A DNA stretch of 64,000 bases, from contig PIVK01000006.1 of NCBI GenBank assembly GCA_003354135.1, positions 7,743-71,742 of the forward strand, in the 5' to 3' direction. A program made the position numbers and the translations under genes. The stretch comes from Rhodospirillales bacterium. Lineage in GTDB: Bacteria; Pseudomonadota; Alphaproteobacteria; Rhodospirillales; GLO-3. The notes under the pieces are model-generated. The model saw nothing but the letters and a program-made list of their open reading frames with translations. It searched no databases and had not been told where the DNA came from. Of this stretch, positions 57,519 through 64,000 are shown one piece after another; the first letter of the stretch is position 1, and each line of letters opens with the position of its first letter.

Positions 57519-58796
57519 ATGACCGAGACCTCCAGCCTCCCTCTGAAGCCCATCGTCGTAGGAGCCAACCATCGCTCCAGTTCCATGACCATGCGCGACC
57601 GCCTGTTCGTGGAGGAGGCCCACGTCTCACGGTTTTTGGAAGCCCTCAGAGCCGAGGGAATCGACCAGGCAATCATGTTGTCCACCTGCGACCGTGTCGA
57701 GGTTCAGGTCGTGCACGCGGACCACGGCGCGGCGGCGCGCGGGATCACCGTCGCGCTGGCGAAGCATGCCGGGCTGGACGTGGACGCCCTGGAAGGCCAG
57801 GTCTATGTTCATTCGGGTGCGGATGCGCTCCGCCACATCTTCGCTGTCACGGCCTCCCTTGACAGTCTGATGATCGGCGAGCCCCAGGTTCTTGGCCAAG
57901 TCAAGGACGCTCACCGCACCTCGCGGGACGTCGGCATGGTGGGGCCGGAGCTGGAAGGCGTTCTCCAGGCGGCATTGGGAACGGCCAAGCGGGTGCGCCG
58001 CGAGACCGCTATCGGGGAAGGTCCCGTTTCCATTGCCGCCGCGGCCGTCCAACTGGTCCGCGACCTGCACGGGGATCTCGATACCTGCAGCGCGCTTTTG
58101 ATCGGTGGCAGCGAGATGGGAGAGCTTGTCGCCCGAGACCTGGTTTCGGGTGGAATCGGCCATCTCACCGCCACCCATCCGGTGGAAGCCCGGGCCCAAG
58201 CCGTCGCCCGCAGCCTCGATTGCCATCGCGCCGAGATCACCGTACTGCCCGACCTGCTGGCGGACGCCGACGTCGTCCTGACTTCGCTGGGCACCCGCAG
58301 CCATGTGATCACCGGAAACCTGGTGACCGAGGCCCTGGAACGGCGGCGCAAGAAACCCATGTTCTTCATCGACACCGGCATTCCCGGCGATGTGGAGCCG
58401 GCGGTTGACAAGATGGACGGTGCCTTCCTCTACGATCTCAACGACCTGGAAACCATCGCCATGAAAGGCCGGGCGTCACGTGAGACCGAGGCCCGAGACG
58501 CCTGGCGCATCGTCGACGAGGAACTGTCCGCCTTCAAACGCGACCGGGCGGAGCGCGCGGCCGTTCCGGCGTTGACCCGGCTACGCAGCCAATTCGAACA
58601 GGCTCGGGAGCTGGCCCTAGAGGATGCCGGAGGTGATGCCGGGAAGGCCACCCGGCTGCTGGTGAACCGGCTGCTCCACGACCCTTCCGAAGTCATGCGA
58701 ACGGCAGCTGCGGCAGGCGACAGGTCGGACTGGCAAGCCATGGAACGATTGCTTGAGCGGCTGTTCCGCCTTGATATCGGAGGGCCGGGCAAATGA
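57519..58796 (+). CDS. hemA: glutamyl-tRNA reductase
   Basis: ATG 57519. VGANHRSS...LSTCDRVEV (catalytic Cys), an NAD-binding region [10 protein letters not shown], and a dimerisation helix. Confidence 0.9.
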   Translation: MTETSSLPLKPIVVGANHRSSSMTMRDRLFVEEAHVSRFLEALRAEGIDQAIMLSTCDRVEVQVVHADHGAAARGITVALAKHAGLDVDALEGQVYVHSGADALRHIFAVTASLDSLMIGEPQVLGQVKDAHRTSRDVGMVGPELEGVLQAALGTAKRVRRETAIGEGPVSIAAAAVQLVRDLHGDLDTCSALLIGGSEMGELVARDLVSGGIGHLTATHPVEARAQAVARSLDCHRAEITVLPDLLADADVVLTSLGTRSHVITGNLVTEALERRRKKPMFFIDTGIPGDVEPAVDKMDGAFLYDLNDLETIAMKGRASRETEARDAWRIVDEELSAFKRDRAERAAVPALTRLRSQFEQARELALEDAGGDAGKATRLLVNRLLHDPSEVMRTAAAAGDRSDWQAMERLLERLFRLDIGGPGK

Positions 58797-59866
58797 GTCT
58801 GGAAAAAAACCTGCCGCGGGTCGTGGCCCGGCACGAGGAACTCGCCGCCATCATGTCCCGCGGCGGCGGCGGCAGCGACGACTTCGCCCGCATGTCCAAG
58901 GAGTACGCCGACCTTACACCGGTGGTCGAGGCGATCCAGGCTCTCGACAAGATCAAGTCGGATCTGACCGAGGCCACTGACATCCTCGCCGATCCGGACG
59001 CAGATGCGGAGATGCGCGAACTGGCCGAGGCCGAGGTGCAGGAACTCAGGGAGAAAGTCCCCGTCCTGGAGCGCGAGGTTCAGATCATGCTCCTGCCCAA
59101 GGACGAAGCGGACGAGAAGAATGCCATCCTGGAGATTCGCGCCGGAACCGGTGGTGACGAGGCGGCGCTGTTTGCTGCCAACCTTTTTCGCATGTATCAG
59201 CGATACGCCGAGAACCGGCGCTGGAAGCTGGAAATTATGCAGGCCAGCGAAACCGGCATCGGCGGTTTCAAGGAAATCATTGCCTCGGTGTCCGGCAAGG
59301 GTGTCTTTGCCCGGCTCAAGTTCGAATCCGGCGTGCACCGCGTCCAGCGGGTTCCGGCGACCGAGTCCAGCGGACGTATTCACACCTCGGCAGCTACCGT
59401 CGCGGTGATGCCCGAAGCCGAGGAAGTGGACATCAACGTGGATCCGAATGATCTTCGCATCGACGTCTTCCGTGCCTCCGGCCCCGGCGGTCAGTCGGTC
59501 AACACGACGGATTCTGCGGTCCGCATCACCCACCTACCGACCGGCATCGTGGTTTCCCAGCAGGACGAAAAGTCCCAGCACAAGAACAAGGCCAAGGCCA
59601 TGCGCGTGCTGCGGGCTCGACTCTACGAGCACGAACGCCAGCAGTTGGACGCCGAACGGGCTGCCCAGCGTAAGAGTCAGGTCGGGTCGGGGGATCGCTC
59701 AGAGCGAATCCGCACCTACAACTTCCCGCAAGGAAGGGTCACGGATCACCGCATCAATCTGACTCTCCACAAGCTGGATCGCGTCCTCGACGGAGACCTG
59801 GACGGGATGGTTGACGCACTGAGTGCCGAGGAACAGGCGGAACTGCTGGCCGAAATGGCCCAGTGA
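58793..59866 (+). CDS. prfA: peptide chain release factor 1
   Basis: PAT tripeptide (RVPATES) and GGQ motif ([11 protein letters not shown]). The start overlaps the hemA stop. Confidence 0.95.
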   Translation: MSLEKNLPRVVARHEELAAIMSRGGGGSDDFARMSKEYADLTPVVEAIQALDKIKSDLTEATDILADPDADAEMRELAEAEVQELREKVPVLEREVQIMLLPKDEADEKNAILEIRAGTGGDEAALFAANLFRMYQRYAENRRWKLEIMQASETGIGGFKEIIASVSGKGVFARLKFESGVHRVQRVPATESSGRIHTSAATVAVMPEAEEVDINVDPNDLRIDVFRASGPGGQSVNTTDSAVRITHLPTGIVVSQQDEKSQHKNKAKAMRVLRARLYEHERQQLDAERAAQRKSQVGSGDRSERIRTYNFPQGRVTDHRINLTLHKLDRVLDGDLDGMVDALSAEEQAELLAEMAQ

Positions 59867-60846
59867 GCGATACGTCAATGGACGACGATCTTGATCCCAC
59901 AGTCGGCGAAGTTCTGGCCGAGATTACCCGACGCTTAGAGATGACCGGCATCGAGACGGCTCGTTTGGACGCCCGAATTCTCGTCGGCATCGCATTGGGG
60001 ATCGACGAAACCGCGGTCTTCGGCTATCCCGAGCGCCGGCTGAACGTTAACGAACTCATACGCCTCGATGGCTTGGTCGCTCGGCGGTCCGGGCGCGAAC
60101 CCATGGCGAGAATCACCGGCACCCGGGAATTCTGGAGCCTGCCCTTCAAGGTCACCGACGACACTCTGGTCCCGCGGCCGGATTCCGAAACCCTCGTGGA
60201 GGCCGTTCTAGAGCGGATCATGAATCCGCTCTGTCCTTTTGAACCAGAGGGCGATTTACGACATAAGCCGAGTCACGGCAATGACCCGGCTTATGTCGAT
60301 CGTGCTCTAGCCACCATCGACACCCGGGACGCCCGGCTCGAGATTCTTGACCTCGGCACGGGAACCGGCTGCCTGTTGTTGGCCCTGCTGAGCGAACTGC
60401 CCCAGGCCCGGGGCATGGGCGTCGACATCAACCCCGGCGCCATTGCCACGGCGCAGGGCAATGCCGAAGCCTTGGGACTGGCGGACCGGGCCCGGTTTCA
60501 AACAGGGACCTGGAGCGCCGGTGGCGCGGGCACCTTCGACATCGTTGTCGCCAATCCGCCCTATATCCCGAGCGCCGAAATCGAGGAACTGATGCCCGAG
60601 GTCGCCTGGTTCGAGCCGATCGTGGCTCTCGACGGCGGCAACGATGGACTTGATTCGATCCGTGAAATCGTGGCCGACCTGGGACGACGATTGGCGGTGA
60701 ATGGTATTGTCTGCATCGAGGTCGGTCAGGGACAGGCCATGGGGGCCGCTCGGATTTTACGGGACGCATGTCTACAACGCATTGAAATAAAAAGAGATCT
60801 TGCCGGAATCGAACGCTGCGTCCTGGGATCAGCCTCGAAGCTGTGA
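59863..60846 (+). CDS. prmC: release factor glutamine N5-methyltransferase, with a ~35-aa internal insertion
   Basis: [18 protein letters not shown] ... ILDLGTGTG ... VANPPYI. GTG 59863 overlaps the prfA stop; an alternative ATG is at 59878. Confidence 0.9.
   Translation: MSDTSMDDDLDPTVGEVLAEITRRLEMTGIETARLDARILVGIALGIDETAVFGYPERRLNVNELIRLDGLVARRSGREPMARITGTREFWSLPFKVTDDTLVPRPDSETLVEAVLERIMNPLCPFEPEGDLRHKPSHGNDPAYVDRALATIDTRDARLEILDLGTGTGCLLLALLSELPQARGMGVDINPGAIATAQGNAEALGLADRARFQTGTWSAGGAGTFDIVVANPPYIPSAEIEELMPEVAWFEPIVALDGGNDGLDSIREIVADLGRRLAVNGIVCIEVGQGQAMGAARILRDACLQRIEIKRDLAGIERCVLGSASKL
60259..60298. repeat. 40-nt near-perfect palindrome inside prmC (12-bp + 4-bp stems)
   Basis: cgacataagccg-a-gtca-cggcaa-tgac-c-cggcttatgtcg. 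Located in the segment absent from E. coli PrmC. Confidence 0.9.
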
Positions 60847-61073
60847 TTTTTCAACAAAAAGGGGTTGGAAATACGGCGCCAAGAGACTACTTTGAACTGA
60901 CTGATGACCTTTCGGGGTCGTCGATGGCCGGGGCACAAGGGGCACCGGTCGCCCGTTTCCCTCAACACCGGTACCCGTGCCTTTGGTCGGATTGTCGTTG
61001 TACGGGCAGCATGCCGACTATCGGTGATGCGCGCGGGGGGATTTTACAAAGCCTATCTATAAAGAACGATGTT

Positions 61074-61682
61074 ATGAAACACGGTTCAAACCCAAGGCGG
61101 GGACGTTCCCGCGGAAATGGTAAACGGCATACGCCGTCCAATAATCAGAATTTCGAGAGCAACGGCCCCAACGTCAAGGTTCGGGGAACGGCGCAGCAGG
61201 TGCTGGACAAGTACCTGTCGCTGGCCCGTGACGCTTCTTTGTCCGGCAATCGCGTCGCTGCGGAAAGCTACCTGCAGTTCGCCGAGCACTATTATCGTGT
61301 GTTGACGGCGAACCAGCCGGAAGGTGTCCCCGGACAGCACAGCCGTCCGGCATCGGTCGCACTCGATGGCGAGGTTCTGCTGCTGGAAGACGACGACAGG
61401 TACGGACGGCCACAGTCACAGGGCGAGGGGCCCCGGAACGCCGACGAGAGCGAAGCTCCGAGCAAGGCCCCCGAGACTACGACGGCCCCCGAGACTACGA
61501 TGGCCCCCGAGACTACGATGGCCCCCGAGACTACGAAGGTCCCCGAGACTACGAAGGTCCCCGAGACTACGAAGGTCCCCGAGACTACGAAGGTCCCCGA
61601 GACTACGGAGGCCTCCGAGACTACGGAGGTTGCCAAGCCCAAACCCAAGCCCAAACCCAAACCCGAAGCGCTCTCCGCCTAA
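61074..61682 (+). CDS. DUF4167 domain protein with C-terminal PETT-repeat and KP-repeat tail
   Basis: [19 protein letters not shown]...[19 protein letters not shown]...[14 protein letters not shown] is the typical DUF4167 core. The track ORF starts upstream at 60843. Confidence 0.75.
   Translation: MKHGSNPRRGRSRGNGKRHTPSNNQNFESNGPNVKVRGTAQQVLDKYLSLARDASLSGNRVAAESYLQFAEHYYRVLTANQPEGVPGQHSRPASVALDGEVLLLEDDDRYGRPQSQGEGPRNADESEAPSKAPETTTAPETTMAPETTMAPETTKVPETTKVPETTKVPETTKVPETTEASETTEVAKPKPKPKPKPEALSA
61467..61628 (+). repeat. 9 x 18-nt in-frame tandem repeat ([A/V][P/S]ETT[T/M/K/E]), followed by (AAR CCC)5 KP repeats
   Basis: Unit gtccccgagactacgaag and variants, with period 18. The four central units are identical. 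Confidence 0.9.
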
Positions 61683-62437
61683 ATCCGGAGTGGGTCGCCG
61701 ACGTTGACGCGGCCCTCTTCCAGGACTTTTGCGTATACGCCGAAATTCATGTGTCCAAAGGCCGTGTTCAGGACCTTGGGTAGGTTCATGTTGCGCGCCC
61801 CGTTGACGGGGTCGACGTTGGTGGCGGCGCAACGCTCAGTCCTCTTAGTCACCTCTAGACGCACCCTCCCCACAGTGAGTTCACGTCCCACCCACGAGAG
61901 TTCCTCCCAGGGCATATCCGAGTCGAAATAGAAGTTGCCCCGGAAACGGACCGGATCGACCGGAGCCCCGACCACCCGCTCGAGGTCACGGGCCGAGGCC
62001 AGATTGATCAGCGACACCACCCGGTTCCTGTGGTCGGAGAACATGTGCCCGCCATGGGCCGCGACAAGATGAGGCCGGCCACCTTTTTCACCGGCGAGAT
62101 AGACGGCGAAAAAAGCCTCGATCTCTCGCCGACCATCCATCGTATCCAGACAGCCGGCGACCAGGACTTCGCCGTCCCGCGCCACGCTGAGACTCCGCGT
62201 CTCCGCATTGAATTCGGTCGCCAGCTCCGCCAAGCACGCGTTGCGCACCAGCATGAAGAAGTTGGTCTTGGGCTGCCACACGGGATTGTCAGGATCGAAC
62301 CGGGTCTCTTCCAGGGCCAGCGCGTAGACCCGGTCCCAAGGGAACCCGAGGCCGGGAATCAAGTCGACGGCATCCAGGTTCTCTGGGCCCAGGCCCTTTA
62401 CTGGATAGCGTTTCAGGTGAACAATCGTTGGCGTCAT
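61679..62437 (-). CDS. MOSC domain-containing protein (YcbX-like, with MOSC_N beta-barrel)
   Basis: [19 protein letters not shown]... N-terminal barrel and a C-terminal MOSC region with RCAATNVDP (conserved Cys). Confidence 0.8.
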   Translation of the reverse strand: MTPTIVHLKRYPVKGLGPENLDAVDLIPGLGFPWDRVYALALEETRFDPDNPVWQPKTNFFMLVRNACLAELATEFNAETRSLSVARDGEVLVAGCLDTMDGRREIEAFFAVYLAGEKGGRPHLVAAHGGHMFSDHRNRVVSLINLASARDLERVVGAPVDPVRFRGNFYFDSDMPWEELSWVGRELTVGRVRLEVTKRTERCAATNVDPVNGARNMNLPKVLNTAFGHMNFGVYAKVLEEGRVNVGDPLRI

Positions 62438-62540
62438 AAATTCAATCTCTCCGGCGCAAGCTTGCGGTGCTTGTTTTTTAGGACATATTTAACCGAGACA
62501 GTAAGAGAATCATCCTCTGTCCGGTCGGGGAACACTCGCC

Positions 62541-64000
62541 ATGGATTTCGAAAAATTCACAGAACGCTCGAGGGGCTTCGTCCAGTCGGCCCAAACCCTG
62601 GCCATGCGGATGAACCACCAGCAGTTGACGCCGGTCCATCTGCTCAAGGTCTTGTTGGAAGACCCGGAGGGACTGGCGTCCGGTCTGATTAAGGACGCCG
62701 GGGGCGAGCCGGTGCGGGCACGGGAAGCCTGTGGCGCCGGACTTTCCAAGATTGCCCAAGTGGAAGGCCCGGGCGCCGAACAGATGTACGTGGCGCGCGA
62801 GACCGCCCGCGTGTTCGACCAGGCCGAACAGTTGTCCGGCAAGACCGGCGACAAGTTCATAACCGCTGAACGCATTCTGCTGGCGCTGGCCATGGCTCAG
62901 GGAACGGCCAGCGCCGAGATCCTCAAGGATTGCGGCGCTACCCCCAAAAACCTGAGCCGCGCCATCGATGACATGCGAAAGGGCCGCACCGCCGACACGG
63001 CGTCTGCCGAAGACGGTTACGAAGCACTCAAAAAATACGCCCGCGACCTGACCGCCGCCGCCATGGAAGGCAAGATCGATCCGGTCATTGGGCGCGACGA
63101 GGAAATCCGGCGTACCGTCCAGGTTCTGTCCCGACGCACCAAAAACAATCCTGTCCTGATCGGCGAACCCGGGGTCGGCAAGACCGCCATCGTCGAAGGT
63201 TTGGCGCAACGGATCGTCAACGGCGACGTGCCGGAAACGCTCAAGAACAAGCGCCTGATGGGGCTCGATCTCGGTGCGCTGGTGGCGGGGGCCAAGTTCC
63301 GAGGCGAGTTCGAGGAACGTCTCAAAGCGGTGCTGAACGAGGTTACGGCGTCGGAAGGCGAAGTGGTGATGTTCATCGACGAGATGCACACACTCGTCGG
63401 TGCCGGTGCGGCCGAGGGCGGCATGGATGCCTCCAACCTCCTGAAGCCCGCGCTGGCCAGGGGCGAGTTGCACTGCGTGGCCGCCACCACGCTTAACGAA
63501 TATCGCAAACATGTGGAGAAGGACGCGGCCCTGGCCCGGCGTTTCCTGCCGGTGATGGTCTCTGAGCCGACGGTCGAGGACACCATCTCGATCTTGCGTG
63601 GCATCAAAGAGAAGTACGAACTGCACCACGGGGTGCGCATCGCCGACAACGCCTTGGTCTCGGCAGCAACCCTGTCGGCGCGCTATATTTCCGACCGCTT
63701 CCTGCCTGACAAGGCCATTGACCTGGTGGACGAGGCAGCCTCCCGTCTACGCATGGCGGTTGACTCCAAGCCCGAAGAGATCGACGAGATCGACCGCCGT
63801 GTCATTCAGCTCAAGATCGAGCGCGAATCCCTGAAGAAGGAAGATGACAAAGCGTCCAGAGATCGTCTCGAGAAGCTGGAAAAGGAGATCATCAAGCGCG
63901 AGATCAAGTCCAAGGCCCTCACCAAGCAGTGGCAGGACGAGAAGAACATGCTCGCCAACGCTACCAAGTTCAAAGAGGAATTGGAACAGGCCCGGCTGGC
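62541..64000 (+). CDS. clpB: ATP-dependent chaperone ClpB (5' part; continues beyond the window)
   Basis: Not in the ORF track because there is no stop in the window. ATG 62541: [41 protein letters not shown]..., then [13 protein letters not shown], Walker [10 protein letters not shown] and the coiled-coil M-domain start. Confidence 0.93.
   Translation, partial: MDFEKFTERSRGFVQSAQTLAMRMNHQQLTPVHLLKVLLEDPEGLASGLIKDAGGEPVRAREACGAGLSKIAQVEGPGAEQMYVARETARVFDQAEQLSGKTGDKFITAERILLALAMAQGTASAEILKDCGATPKNLSRAIDDMRKGRTADTASAEDGYEALKKYARDLTAAAMEGKIDPVIGRDEEIRRTVQVLSRRTKNNPVLIGEPGVGKTAIVEGLAQRIVNGDVPETLKNKRLMGLDLGALVAGAKFRGEFEERLKAVLNEVTASEGEVVMFIDEMHTLVGAGAAEGGMDASNLLKPALARGELHCVAATTLNEYRKHVEKDAALARRFLPVMVSEPTVEDTISILRGIKEKYELHHGVRIADNALVSAATLSARYISDRFLPDKAIDLVDEAASRLRMAVDSKPEEIDEIDRRVIQLKIERESLKKEDDKASRDRLEKLEKEIIKREIKSKALTKQWQDEKNMLANATKFKEELEQARL

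Noticed and set aside
61467-61661. Regular short repeats that might suggest a CRISPR array.
   Set aside because: The period is 18 nt with no spacers. The repeats are in frame inside a DUF4167 coding sequence and encode PETT/KP peptide repeats. No cas genes are present.
62461-62490. A sigma-32-type heat-shock promoter upstream of clpB (CTTG ... CATATTT).
   Set aside because: The spacing (19 nt) and the -10 region fit the CTTG-N17-CYTATNT or CCCCATNT consensus only loosely. This is not strong enough to call without a mapped transcription start.

Overview
GC-rich chromosomal window with alphaproteobacterial-type synteny: purB; radC-map-sfsA; MTase/comF/grxC/nitrilase; hisD-hisG; murA; ubiG/lysC; rodZ-ispG-hisS; hemA-prfA-prmC; clpB. 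The centre holds a cytochrome cd1 nitrite reductase / heme d1 cluster. nirS plus a NapC/NirT-fusion cytochrome lie on the minus strand, and nirC-F-D-L-G-H-J-N diverge on the plus strand, with FNR-type boxes between them and no nirE. Two visibly AT-richer islets interrupt the backbone. (1) 27.4-30.6 kb is a tyrosine-integrase islet bounded by 63-bp direct repeats. It sits next to an orphan 3' half of initiator tRNA-Met and carries one 476-aa cargo protein with a HEPN-like RN-x3-H motif. vapBC and a hicAB pair whose hicA has an in-frame amber stop follow it. (2) 46.1-49.8 kb lies directly after tRNA-Arg(CCU) and has no integrase. It encodes a class I methyltransferase, a HARE-HTH/Nudix-like protein, and a translationally coupled 624-aa protein with an unassigned ~375-aa N-terminal region and a C-terminal PNP/MTAN-type nucleosidase domain. 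Islet 2 is my best candidate for an undescribed nucleotide-targeting (defence-like) system. Other structure: a REP-like hairpin element with a 34-nt unit expansion, and a 3-copy 50-63-nt repeat family. Gene relics include ptsP, GGDEF, higBA, and a small ORF broken by a 22-bp tandem duplication. There is also a G12 tract in the nikR leader, an in-frame palindromic insertion in prmC, and coding tandem repeats in the rodZ-like and DUF4167 genes. No rRNA, CRISPR array or IS transposase was seen. All family assignments come from reading the translations by eye; no searches were run. The ORF track uses TTG/GTG as well as ATG starts, so several starts were re-picked.
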